DNA from: Auanema rhodensis
Taxonomy: Eukaryota > Animalia > Nematoda
Reading direction: 5' to 3'
DNA length: 64,000 nucleotides
Assembly: GCA_964057225.1 (NCBI GenBank)
Contig: OZ059895.1
Location: forward strand, 20,274,001 to 20,338,000
Part shown: one piece after another, positions 1-13,500 of the stretch
Position numbering within the stretch: the stretch's first letter is position 1
Layout: the number at the start of each line of letters is the position of its first letter
Notes under the pieces: generated by a model
The model's database searches: none
Told to the model about the DNA's origin: nothing
The model's input: only the letters and a program-made list of their open reading frames with translations
Translations under genes and position numbers: made by a program

Positions 1-371
1 CATCTACTTTTTGCTAAATTATTCTGAAATTTTCCGAAAAAATTTTTGTCAAAATGTTTTTGGAAGCAAAGTTGAGTGTACATGGAAACTCAACATACAC
101 TAATGCATCATTTTTCAAACGATCATAACTAATTTTTGTATTAAGCGTTTCTCAATGTAGTATAGTGCATTCGATGCGGATTTTTAAGCTGCGTCGATCT
201 GTGTTATCAGATTTGCGCTAGCTTAAAAATGCACCGAGATATCAACTGATATAAGTTCACACTTATATCCTCGATTTTCACCCTGAAGAATTAATTTTTT
301 CGTTGAATAACAATGTCCATCGTCTTCGCCTTGAAAGAAGGAATCTGAAAACATCTACTTTTTGCTAAATT

Positions 372-406
372 ATTTTGAAATTTTTCGAAAAAATTTTTGT
401 CAAAAT
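372..406. other. Imperfect palindrome in each monomer (monomer pos 21-55)
   Basis: ATTTTGA-AA-TTTTTCGAAAAA-ATTTTTG-TCAAAAT has a perfect 12-bp core TTTTTCGAAAAA, and the outer arms ATTTTGA/TCAAAAT are complementary. Confidence 0.85.
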
Positions 407-419
407 GTTTTTGGAAGCA

Positions 420-447
420 ATGTTGAGTGTACATGGAAACTCAACAT
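420..447. other. 9-bp inverted repeat with 10-nt spacer in each monomer (pos 69-96)
   Basis: ATGTTGAGT-gtacatggaa-ACTCAACAT. Confidence 0.9.
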
Positions 448-530
448 ACACTAATGCATCATTTTTCAAACGATCATAACTAATTTTTGTATTAAGCGTT
501 TCTCAATGTAGTATAGTGCATTCGATGCGG

Positions 531-581
531 ATTTTTAAGCTGCGTCGATCTGTGTTATCAGATTTGCGCTAGCTTAAAAAT
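531..581. other. Long imperfect inverted repeat in each monomer (pos 180-230)
   Basis: ATTTTTAAGCT/AGCTTAAAAAT (11 bp perfect) encloses GCG/CGC and ATCTG-tgttat-CAGAT. Confidence 0.9.
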
Positions 582-598
582 GCACCGAGATATCAACT

Positions 599-620
599 GA
601 TATAAGTTCACACTTATATC
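599..620. other. 9-bp inverted repeat with 4-nt loop (pos 248-269)
   Basis: GATATAAGT-tcac-ACTTATATC. The common GATATATGT allele has one mismatch. Confidence 0.9.
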
Positions 621-3037
621 CTCGATTTTCACCCTGAAGAATTAATTTTTTCGTTGAATAACATCGTCCATCGTCTTTGCCTTGAAAAAAGGAATCTAAA
701 AACATCTACTTTTTGCTAAATTATTTTGAAATTTTTCGAAAAAATTTTTGTCAAAATGTTTTTGGAAGCAATGTTGATTGTACATGGAAACTCAACATAC
801 ACTAATGCATCATTTTTCAAACGATCATAACTAATTTTTGTATTGAGCGTTTCTCAATGTAGAATAGTGCATTCGATGCGGATTTTCAAGCTGCGTCGGT
901 CTGTGTTATCAGATTTGCGCTAGCTTAAAAATGCACCGAGATATCAACTGATATATGTTCACACTTATATCCTCGATTTTCACCCTGAAGAATCAATTTT
1001 TTCGTTGAATAACAATGTCCATCGTCTTTGCCTCGAAAAAAGGAATCTAAAAACATCTACTTTTTGCTAAATTATTATGAAATTTTTCGAAAAAATTTTT
1101 GTCAAAATGTTTTTGGAAGCAATGTTGAGTGTACATGGAAACTCAACATACACTAATGCATCATTTTTCAAACGATCATAACTAATTTTTGTATTGAGCG
1201 TTTCTCAATGTAGAATAGTGCATTCGATGCGGATTTTCAAGCTGCGTCGGTCTGTGTTATCAGATTTGCGCTAGCTTAAAAATGCACCGAGATATCAACT
1301 GATATATGTTCACACTTATATCCTCGATTTTCACACTGAAGAATTAATTTTTTCGTTGAATAACAATGTCCATCGTCTTTGCCTCGAAAAAAGGAATCTA
1401 AAAACATCTACTTTTTGCTAAATTATTCTGAAATTTTTCGAAAAAATTTTTGTCAAAATGTTTTTGGAAGCAAAGTTGAGTGTACATGGAAACTCAACAT
1501 ACACTAATGCATCATTTTTCAAACGATCATAACTAATTTTTGTATTAAGCGTTTCTCAATGTAGTATAGTGCATTCGATGCGGATTTTTAAGCTGCGTCG
1601 ATCTGTGTTATCAGATTTGCGCTAGCTTAAAAATGCACCGAGATATCAACTGATATAAGTTCACACTTATATCCTCGATTTTCACCCTGAAGAATTAATT
1701 TTTTCGTTGAATAACATCGTCCATCGTCTTTGCCTTGAAAAAAGGAATCTAAAAACATCTACTTTTTGCTAAATTATTTTGAAATTTTTCGAAAAAATTT
1801 TTGTCAAAATGTTTTTGGAAGCAATGTTGATTGTACATGGAAACTCAACATACACTAATGCATCATTTTTCAAACGATCATAACTAATTTTTGTATTGAG
1901 CGTTTCTCAATGTAGAATAATGCATTCGATGCGGATTTTCAAGCTGCGTCGGTCTGTGTTATCAGATTTGCGCTAGCTTAAAAATGCACCGAGATATCAA
2001 CTGATATATGTTCACACTTATATCCTCGATTTTCACCCTGAAGAATCAATTTTTTCGTTGAATAACAATGTCCATCGTCTTTGCCTCGAAAAAAGGAATC
2101 TAAAAACATCTACTTTTTGCTAAATTATTATGAAATTTTTCGAAAAAATTTTTGTCAAAATGTTTTTGGAAGCAATGTTGAGTGTACATGGAAACTCAAC
2201 ATACACTAATGCATCATTTTTCAAACGATCATAACTAATTTTTGTATTGAGCGTTTCTCAATGTAGAATAGTGCATTCGATGCGGATTTTCAAGCTGCGT
2301 CGGTCTGTGTTATCAGATTTGCGCTAGCTTAAAAATGCACCGAGATATCAACTGATATATGTTCACACTTATATCCTCGATTTTCACACTGAAGAATTAA
2401 TTTTTTCGTTGAATAACAATGTCCATCGTCTTTGCCTCGAAAAAAGGAATCTAAAAACATCTACTTTTTGCTAAATTATTCTGAAATTTTTCGAAAAAAT
2501 TTTTGTCAAAATGTTTTTGGAAGCAAAGTTGAGTGTACATGGAAACTCAACATACACTAATGCATCATTTTTCAAACGATCATAACTAATTTTTGTATTA
2601 AGCGTTTCTCAATGTAGTATAGTGCATTCGATGCGGATTTTTAAGCTGCGTCGATCTGTGTTATCAGATTTGCGCTAGCTTAAAAATGCACCGAGATATC
2701 AACTGATATAAGTTCACACTTATATCCTCGATTTTCACCCTGAAGAATTAATTTTTTCGTTGAATAACATCGTCCATCGTCTTTGCCTTGAAAAAAGGAA
2801 TCTAAAAACATCTACTTTTTGCTAAATTATTTTGAAATTTTTCGAAAAAATTTTTGTCAAAATGTTTTTGGAAGCAATGTTGAGTGTACATGGAAACTCA
2901 ACATACACTAATGCATCATTTTTCAAACGATCATAACTAATTTTTGTATTGAGCGTTTCTCAATGTAGAATAGTGCATTCGATGCGGATTTTCAAGCTGC
3001 GTCGGTCTGTGTTATCAGATTTGCGCTAGCTTAAAAA

Positions 3038-6000
3038 TGCACCGAGATATCAACTGATATATGTTCACACTTATATCCTCGATTTTCACACTGAAGAATT
3101 AATTTTTTCGTTGAATAACAATGTCCATCGTCTTTGCCTCGAAAAAAGGAATCTAAAAACATCTACTTTTTGCTAAATTATTCTGAAATTTTTCGAAAAA
3201 ATTTTTGTCAAAATGTTTTTGGAAGCAATGTTGAGTGTACATGGAAACTCAACATACACTAATGCATCATTTTTCAAACGATCATAACTAATTTTTGTAT
3301 TGAGCGTTTCTCAATGTAGAATAGTGCATTCGATGCGGATTTTTAAGCTGCGTCGGTCTGTGTTATCAGATTTGCGCTAGCTTAAAAATGCACCGAGATA
3401 TCAACTGATATATGTTCACACTTATATCCTCGATTTTCACCCTGAAGAATTAATTTTTTCGTTGAATAACAATGTCCATCGTCTTCGCCTTGAAAAAAGG
3501 AATCTAAAAACATCTACTTTTTGCTAAATTATTTTGAAATTTTTCGAAAAAATTTTTGTCAAAATGTTTTTGGAAGCAATGTTGAGTGTACATGGAAACT
3601 CAACATACACTAATGCATCATTTTTCAAACGATCATAACTAATTTTTGTATTAAGCGTTTCTCAATGTAGTATAGTGCATTCGATGCGGATTTTTAAGCT
3701 GCGTCGATCTGTGTTATCAGATTGGCGCTAGCTTAAAAATGCACCGAGATATCAACTGATATAAGTTCACACTTATATCCTCGATTTTAACCCTGAAGAA
3801 TTAATTTTTTCGTTGAATAACAATGTCCATCGTCTTCGCCTTGAAAAAAGAAATCTAAAAACATCTACTTTTTGCTAAATTATTCTGAAATTTTTCGAAA
3901 AAATTTTTGTCAAAATGTTTTTGGAAGCAATGTTGAGTGTACATGGAAACTCAACATACACTAATGCATCATTTTTCAAACGATCATAACTAATTTTTGT
4001 ATTGAGCGTTTCTCAATGTAGAATAGTGCATTCGATGCGGATTTTTAAGCTGCGTCGGTCTGTGTTATCAGATTTGCGCTAGCTTAAAAATGCACCGAGA
4101 TATCAACTGATATATGTTCACACTTATATCCTCGATTTTCACCCTGAAGAATTAATTTTTTCGTTGAATAACAATGTCCATCGTCTTCGCCTTGAAAAAA
4201 GGAATCTAAAAACATCTACTTTTTGCTAAATTATTTTGAAATTTTTCGAAAAAATTTTTGTCAAAATGTTTTTGGAAGCAATGTTGAGTGTACATGGAAA
4301 CTCAACATACACTAATGCATCATTTTTCAAACGATCATAACTAATTTTTGTATTAAGCGTTTCTCAATGTAGTATAGTGCATTCGATGCGGATTTTTAAG
4401 CTGCGTCGATCTGTGTTATCAGATTTGCGCTAGCTTAAAAATGCACCGAGATATCAACTGATATAAGTTCACACTTATATCCTCGATTTTCACCCTGAAG
4501 AATTAATTTTTTCGTTGAATAACAATGTCCATCGTCTTCGCCTTGAAAAAAGAAATCTAAAAACATCTACTTTTTGCTAAATTATTTTGAAATTTTTCGA
4601 AAAAATTTTTGTCAAAATGTTTTTGGAAGCAATGTTGAGTGTACATGGAAACTCAACATACACTAATGCATCATTTTTCAAACGATCATAACTAATTTTT
4701 GTATTAAGCGTTTCTCAATGTAGTATAGTGCATTCGATGCGGATTTTTAAGCTGCGTCGATCTGTGTTATCAGATTTGCGCTAGCTTAAAAATGCACCGA
4801 GATATCAACTGATATAAGTTCACACTTATATCCTCGATTTTCACCCTGAAGAATTAATTTTTTCGTTGAATAACAATGTCCATCGTCTTCGCCTTGAAAG
4901 AAGGAATCTAAAAACATCTACTTTTTGCTAAATTATTTTGAAATTTTTCGAAAAAATTTTTGTCAAAATGTTTTTGGAAGCAATGTTGAGTGTACATGGA
5001 AACTCAACATACACTAATGCATCATTTTTCAAACGATCATAACTAATTTTTGTATTAAGCGTTTCTCAATGTAGTATAGTGCATTCGATGCGGATTTTTA
5101 AGCTGCGTCGATCTGTGTTATCAGATTTGCGCTAGCTTAAAAATGCACCGAGATATCAACTGATATAAGTTCACACTTATATCCTCGATTTTCACCCTGA
5201 AGAATTAATTTTTTCGTTGAATAACATCGTCCATCGTCTTTGCCTTGAAAAAAGGAATCTAAAAACATCTACTTTTTGCTAAATTATTTTGAAATTTTTC
5301 GAAAAAATTTTTGTCAAAATGTTTTTGGAAGCAATGTTGATTGTACATGGAAACTCAACATACACTAATGCATCATTTTTCAAACGATCATAACTAATTT
5401 TTGTATTGAGCGTTTCTCAATGTAGAATAGTGCATTCGATGCGGATTTTCAAGCTGCGTCGGTCTGTGTTATCAGATTTGCGCTAGCTTAAAAATGCACC
5501 GAGATATCAACTGATATATGTTCACACTTATATCCTCGATTTTCACCCTGAAGAATCAATTTTTTCGTTGAATAACAATGTCCATCGTCTTTGCCTCGAA
5601 AAAAGGAATCTAAAAACATCTACTTTTTGCTAAATTATTCTGAAATTTTTCGAAAAAATTTTTGTCAAAATGTTTTTGGAAGCAATGTTGAGTGTACATG
5701 GAAACTCAACATACACTAATGCATCATTTTTCAAACGATCATAACTAATTTTTGTATTGAGCGTTTCTCAATGTAGAATAGTGCATTCGATGCGGATTTT
5801 CAAGCTGCGTCGGTCTGTGTTATCAGATTTGCGCTAGCTTAAAATTGCACCGAGATATCAACTGATATATGTTCACACTTATATCCTCGATTTTCACACT
5901 GAAGAATTAATTTTTTCGTTGAATAACAATGTCCATCGTCTTTGCCTCGAAAAAAGGAATCTAAAAACATCTACTTTTTGCTAAATTATTCTGAAATTTT

Positions 6001-8844
6001 TCGAAAAAATTTTTGTCAAAATGTTTTTGGAAGCAATGTTGAGTGTACATGGAAACTCAACATACACTAATGCATCATTTTTCAAACGATCATAACTAAT
6101 TTTTGTATTGAGCGTTTCTCAATGTAGAATAGTGCATTCGATGCGGATTTTTAAGCTGCGTCGGTCTGTGTTATCAGATTTGCGCTAGCTTAAAAATGCA
6201 CCGAGATATCAACTGATATATGTTCACACTTATATCCTCGATTTTCACCCTGAAGAATTAATTTTTTCGTTGAATAACAATGTCCATCGTCTTCGCCTTG
6301 AAAAAAGGAATCTAAAAACATCTACTTTTTGCTAAATTATTTTGAAATTTTTCGAAAAAATTTTTGTCAAAATGTTTTTGGAAGCAATGTTGAGTGTACA
6401 TGGAAACTCAACATACACTAATGCATCATTTTTCAAACGATCATAACTAATTTTTGTATTAAGCGTTTCTCAATGTAGTATAGTGCATTCGATGCGGATT
6501 TTTAAGCTGCGTCGATCTGTGTTATCAGATTGGCGCTAGCTTAAAAATGCACCGAGATATCAACTGATATAAGTTCACACTTATATCCTCGATTTTAACC
6601 CTGAAGAATTAATTTTTTCGTTGAATAACAATGTCCATCGTCTTCGCCTTGAAAAAAGAAATCTAAAAACATCTACTTTTTGCTAAATTATTCTGAAATT
6701 TTTCGAAAAAATTTTTGTCAAAATGTTTTTGGAAGCAATGTTGAGTGTACATGGAAACTCAACATACACTAATGCATCATTTTTCAAACGATCATAACTA
6801 ATTTTTGTATTGAGCGTTTCTCAATGTAGAATAGTGCATTCGATGCGGATTTTTAAGCTGCGTCGGTCTGTGTTATCAGATTTGCGCTAGCTTAAAAATG
6901 CACCGAGATATCAACTGATATATGTTCACACTTATATCCTCGATTTTCACCCTGAAGAATTAATTTTTTCGTTGAATAACAATGTCCATCGTCTTCGCCT
7001 TGAAAAAAGGAATCTAAAAACATCTACTTTTTGCTAAATTATTTTGAAATTTTTCGAAAAAATTTTTGTCAAAATGTTTTTGGAAGCAATGTTGAGTGTA
7101 CATGGAAACTCAACATACACTAATGCATCATTTTTCAAACGATCATAACTAATTTTTGTATTAAGCGTTTCTCAATGTAGTATAGTGCATTCGATGCGGA
7201 TTTTTAAGCTGCGTCGATCTGTGTTATCAGATTTGCGCTAGCTTAAAAATGCACCGAGATATCAACTGATATAAGTTCACACTTATATCCTCGATTTTCA
7301 CCCTGAAGAATTAATTTTTTCGTTGAATAACAATGTCCATCGTCTTCGCCTTGAAAAAAGAAATCTAAAAACATCTACTTTTTGCTAAATTATTTTGAAA
7401 TTTTTCGAAAAAATTTTTGTCAAAATGTTTTTGGAAGCAATGTTGAGTGTACATGGAAACTCAACATACACTAATGCATCATTTTTCAAACGATCATAAC
7501 TAATTTTTGTATTAAGCGTTTCTCAATGTAGTATAGTGCATTCGATGCGGATTTTTAAGCTGCGTCGATCTGTGTTATCAGATTTGCGCTAGCTTAAAAA
7601 TGCACCGAGATATCAACTGATATAAGTTCACACTTATATCCTCGATTTTCACCCTGAAGAATTAATTTTTTCGTTGAATAACAATGTCCATCGTCTTCGC
7701 CTTGAAAGAAGGAATCTAAAAACATCTACTTTTTGCTAAATTATTTTGAAATTTTTCGAAAAAATTTTTGTCAAAATGTTTTTGGAAGCAATGTTGAGTG
7801 TACATGGAAACTCAACATACACTAATGCATCATTTTTCAAACGATCATAACTAATTTTTGTATTAAGCGTTTCTCAATGTAGTATAGTGCATTCGATGCG
7901 GATTTTTAAGCTGCGTCGATCTGTGTTATCAGATTTGCGCTAGCTTAAAAATGCACCGAGATATCAACTGATATAAGTTCACACTTATATCCTCGATTTT
8001 CACCCTGAAGAATTAATTTTTTCGTTGAATAACATCGTCCATCGTCTTTGCCTTGAAAAAAGGAATCTAAAAACATCTACTTTTTGCTAAATTATTTTGA
8101 AATTTTTCGAAAAAATTTTTGTCAAAATGTTTTTGGAAGCAATGTTGATTGTACATGGAAACTCAACATACACTAATGCATCATTTTTCAAACGATCATA
8201 ACTAATTTTTGTATTGAGCGTTTCTCAATGTAGAATAGTGCATTCGATGCGGATTTTCAAGCTGCGTCGGTCTGTGTTATCAGATTTGCGCTAGCTTAAA
8301 AATGCACCGAGATATCAACTGATATATGTTCACACTTATATCCTCGATTTTCACCCTGAAGAATCAATTTTTTCGTTGAATAACAATGTCCATCGTCTTT
8401 GCCTCGAAAAAAGGAATCTAAAAACATCTACTTTTTGCTAAATTATTCTGAAATTTTTCGAAAAAATTTTTGTCAAAATGTTTTTGGAAGCAATGTTGAG
8501 TGTACATGGAAACTCAACATACACTAATGCATCATTTTTCAAACGATCATAACTAATTTTTGTATTGAGCGTTTCTCAATGTAGAATAGTGCATTCGATG
8601 CGGATTTTCAAGCTGCGTCGGTCTGTGTTATCAGATTTGCGCTAGCTTAAAATTGCACCGAGATATCAACTGATATATGTTCACACTTATATCCTCGATT
8701 TTCACACTGAAGAATTAATTTTTTCGTTGAATAACAATGTCCATCGTCTTTGCCTCGAAAAAAGGAATCTAAAAACATCTACTTTTTGCTAAATTATTCT
8801 GAAATTTTTCGAAAAAATTTTTGTCAAAATGTTTTTGGAAGCAA
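3038..8844. repeat. 8-monomer (2808 bp) tandem higher-order duplication
   Basis: Rare variants ATTGGCGC at 3724/6532 and AAAATTGCAC at 5845/8653 are both 2808 bp apart. Confidence 0.88.
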
Positions 8845-10559
8845 AGTTGAGTGTACATGGAAACTCAACATACACTAATGCATCATTTTTCAAACGATCA
8901 TAACTAATTTTTGTATTAAGCGTTTCTCAATGTAGTATAGTGCATTCGATGCGGATTTTTAAGCTGCGTCGATCTGTGTTATCAGATTTGCGCTAGCTTA
9001 AAAATGCACCGAGATATCAACTGATATAAGTTCACACTTATATCCTCGATTTTCACCCTGAAGAATTAATTTTTTCGTTGAATAACAATGTCCATCGTCT
9101 TCGCCTTGAAAGAAGGAATCTGAAAACATCTACTTTTTGCTAAATTATTTTGAAATTTTTCGAAAAAATTTTTGTCAAAATGTTTTTGGAAGCAATGTTG
9201 AGTGTACATGGAAACTCAACATACACTAATGCATCATTTTTCAAACGATCATAACTAATTTTTGTATTGAGCGTTTCTCAATGTAGAATAGTGCATTCGA
9301 TGCGGATTTTCAAGCTGCGTCGGTCTGTGTTATCAGATTTGCGCTAGCTTAAAAATGCACCGAGATATCAACTGATATATGTTCACACTTATATCCTCGA
9401 TTTTCACCCTGAAGAATCAATTTTTTCGTTGAATAACAATGTCCATCGTCTTTGCCTCGAAAAAAGGAATCTAAAAACATCTACTTTTTGCTAAATTATT
9501 ATGAAATTTTTCGAAAAAATTTTTGTCAAAATGTTTTTGGAAGCAATGTTGAGTGTACATGGAAACTCAACATACACTAATGCATCATTTTTCAAACGAT
9601 CATAACTAATTTTTGTATTGAGCGTTTCTCAATGTAGAATAGTGCATTCGATGCGGATTTTCAAGCTGCGTCGGTCTGTGTTATCAGATTTGCGCTAGCT
9701 TAAAAATGCACCGAGATATCAACTGATATATGTTCACACTTATATCCTCGATTTTCACACTGAAGAATTAATTTTTTCGTTGAATAACAATGTCCATCGT
9801 CTTTGCCTCGAAAAAAGGAATCTAAAAACATCTACTTTTTGCTAAATTATTCTGAAATTTTTCGAAAAAATTTTTGTCAAAATGTTTTTGGAAGCAAAGT
9901 TGAGTGTACATGGAAACTCAACATACACTAATGCATCATTTTTCAAACGATCATAACTAATTTTTGTATTAAGCGTTTCTCAATGTAGTATAGTGCATTC
10001 GATGCGGATTTTTAAGCTGCGTCGATCTGTGTTATCAGATTTGCGCTAGCTTAAAAATGCACCGAGATATCAACTGATATAAGTTCACACTTATATCCTC
10101 GATTTTCACCCTGAAGAATTAATTTTTTCGTTGAATAACATTGTCCATCGTCTTTGCCTTGAAAAAAGGAATCTAAAAACATCTACTTTTTGCTAAATTA
10201 TTTTGAAATTTTTCGAAAAAATTTTTGTCAAAATGTTTTTGGAAGCAATGTTGAGTGTACATGGAAACTCAACATACACTAATGCATCATTTTTCAAACG
10301 ATCATAACTAATTTTTGTATTGAGCGTTTCTCAATGTAGAATAGTGCATTCGATGCGGATTTTCAAGCTGCGTCGGTCTGTGTTATCAGATTTGCGCTAG
10401 CTTAAAAATGCACCGAGATATCAACTGATATATGTTCACACTTATATCCTCGATTTTCACACTGAAGAATTAATTTTTTCGTTGAATAACAATGTCCATC
10501 GTCTTTGCCTCGAAAAAAGGAATCTAAAAACATCTACTTTTTGCTAAATTATCCTGAAA

Positions 10560-13500
10560 TTTTTCGAAAAAATTTTTGTCAAAATGTTTTTGGAAGCAAT
10601 GTTGAGTGTACATGGAAACTCAACATACACTAATGCATCATTTTTCAAACGATCATAACTAATTTTTGTATTGAGCGTTTCTCAATGTAGAATAGTGCAT
10701 TCGATGCGGATTTTTAAGCTGCGTCGGTCTGTGTTATCAGATTTGCGCTAGCTTAAAAATGCACCGAGATATCAACTGATATATGTTCACACTTATATCC
10801 TCGATTTTCACCCTGAAGAATTAATTTTTTCGTTGAATAACAATGTCCATCGTCTTCGCCTTGAAAAAAGGAATCTAAAAACATCTACTTTTTGCTAAAT
10901 TATTTTGAAATTTTTCGAAAAAATTTTTGTCAAAATGTTTTTGGGAGCAATGTTGAGTGTACATGGAAACTCAACATACACTAATGCATCATTTTTCAAA
11001 CGATCATAACTAATTTTTGTATTAAGCGTTTCTCAATGTAGTATAGTGCATTCGATGCGGATTTTTAAGCTGCGTCGATCTGTGTTATCAGATTTGCGCT
11101 AGCTTAAAAATGCACCGAGATATCAACTGATATAAGTTCACACTTATATCCTCGATTTTCACCCTGAAGAATTAATTTTTTCGTTGAATAACATCGTCCA
11201 TCGTCTTTGCTTTGAAAAAAGGAATCTAAAAACATCTACTTTTTGCTAAATTATTCTGAAATTTTTCGAAAAAATTTTTGTCAAAATGTTTTTGGAAGCA
11301 ATGTTGAGTGTACATGGAAACTCAACATACACTAATGCATCATTTTTCAAACGATCATAACTAATTTTTGTATTGAGCGTTTCTCAATGTAGTATAGTGC
11401 ATTCGATGCGGATTTTTAAGCTGCGTCGATCTGTGTTATCAGATTTGCGCTAGCTTAAAAATGCACCGAGATATCAACTGATATATGTTCACACTTATAT
11501 CCTCGATTTTCACCCTGAAGAATTAATTTTTTCGTTGAATAACAATGTCCATCGTCTTCGCCTTGAAAAAAGGAATCTAAAAACATCTACTTTTTGCTAT
11601 ATTATTTTGAAATTTTTCGAAAAAATTTTTGTCAAAATGTTTTTGGAAGCAATGTTGAGTGTACATGGAAACTCAACATACACTAATGCATCATTTTTCG
11701 AACGATCATAACTAATTTTTGTATTGAGCGTTTCTCAATGTAGTATAGTGCATTCGATGCGGATTTTTAAGCTGCGTCGATCTGTGTTATCAGATTTGCG
11801 CAGGATTAAAAATGCACCGAGATATCAACTGATATAAGTTCACACTTATATCCTCGATTTTCACCCTGAAGAATTAATTTTTTCGTTGAATAACATCGTC
11901 CATCGTCTTTGCCTTGAAAAAAGGAATCTAAAAACATCTACTTTTTGCTAAATTATTCTGAAATTTTTCGAAAAAATTTTTGTCAAAATGTTTTTGGAAG
12001 CAATGTTGAGTGTACATGGAAACTCAACATACACTAATGCATCATTTTTCAAACGATCATAACTAATTTTTGTATTGAGCGTTTCTCAATGTAGAATAGT
12101 GCATTCGATGCGGATTTTTAAGCTGCGTCGGTCTGTGTTATCAGATTTGCGCTAGCTTAAAAATGCACCGAGATATCAACTGATATATGTTCACACTTAT
12201 ATCCTCGATTTTCACCCTGAAGAATTAATTTTTTCGTTGAATAACAATGTCCATCGTCTTCGCCTTGAAAAAAGGAATCTAAAAACATCTACTTTTTGCT
12301 AAATTATTTTGAAATTTTTCGAAAAAATTTTTGTCAAAATGTTTTTGGGAGCAATGTTGAGTGTACATGGAAACTCAACATACACTAATGCATCATTTTT
12401 CAAACGATCATAACTAATTTTTGTATTAAGCGTTTCTCAATGTAGTATAGTGCATTCGATGCGGATTTTTAAGCTGCGTCGATCTGTGTTATCAGATTTG
12501 CGCTAGCTTAAAAATGCACCGAGATATCAACTGATATAAGTTCACACTTATATCCTCGATTTTCACCCTGAAGAATTAATTTTTTCGTTGAATAACATCG
12601 TCCATCGTCTTTGCCTTGAAAAAAGGAATCTAAAAACATCTACTTTTTGCTAAATTATTTTGAAATTTTTCGAAAAAATTTTTGTCAAAATGTTTTTGGA
12701 AGCAATGTTGAGTGTACATGGAAACTCAACATACACTAATGCATCATTTTTCGAACGATCATAACTAATTTTTGTATTGAGCGTTTCTCAATGTAGAATA
12801 GTGCATTCGATGCGGATTTTCAAGCTGCGTCGATCTGTGTTATCAGATTTGCGCAGGATTAAAAATGCACCGAGATATCAACTGATATAAGTTCACACTT
12901 ATATCCTCGATTTTCACCCTGAAGAATTAATTTTTTCGTTGAATAACATCGTCCATCGTCTTTGCCTTGAAAAAAGGAATCTAAAAACATCTACTTTTTG
13001 CTAAATTATTCTGAAATTTTTCGAAAAAATTTTTGTCAAAATGTTTTTGGAAGCAATGTTGAGTGTACATGGAAACTCAACATACACTAATGCATCATTT
13101 TTCAAACGATCATAACTAATTTTTGTATTGAGCGTTTCTCAATGTAGAATAGTGCATTCGATGCGGATTTTTAAGCTGCGTCGGTCTGTGTTATCAGATT
13201 TGCGCTAGCTTAAAAATGCACCGAGATATCAACTGATATATGTTCACACTTATATCCTCGATTTTCACCCTGAAGAATTAATTTTTTCGTTGAATAACAA
13301 TGTCCATCGTCTTCGCCTTGAAAAAAGGAATCTAAAAACATCTACTTTTTGCTAAATTATTTTGAAATTTTTCGAAAAAATTTTTGTCAAAATGTTTTTG
13401 GGAGCAATGTTGAGTGTACATGGAAACTCAACATACACTAATGCATCATTTTTCAAACGATCATAACTAATTTTTGTATTAAGCGTTTCTCAATGTAGTA

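Larger units (their letters stand above)
352..702. repeat. Representative 351-bp monomer
   Basis: One full period between successive CATCTAC motifs. About 111/351 G+C, many A/T tracts and 12-13 CpG. It contains GTAC, ATGCAT, GCTAGC and GATATC sites. Confidence 0.98.

Noticed and set aside
170-186. CENP-B box-like TTCG...CGG
   Set aside because: The spacing does not match TTCGNNNNANNCGGG, and CGGG is absent from the monomer.
248-300. Intrinsic terminator or promoter motifs
   Set aside because: The stems are AT-rich and not directly followed by a U-tract, and there are no associated genes. Such motifs are expected by chance at 68% AT.
283-336. Hammerhead ribozyme core (CTGAAGA ... GAAA), as known from some animal satellites
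   Set aside because: CUGANGA is present, but I cannot form stem II between it and the GAAA, or stems I/III with a cleavage triplet. An Infernal search with Rfam hammerhead models on a dimer would settle it.
1-351. 5S rRNA, tRNA, snRNA or spliced-leader gene tandem unit
   Set aside because: I find no recognisable RNA gene sequence or Pol III A/B/C boxes on either strand.
1-351. Assignment to a named ~350-360-bp insect satellite (Drosophila 1.688 family or Tribolium satellites)
   Set aside because: Only the length and AT-richness are similar. I cannot confirm sequence identity without a BLAST search.
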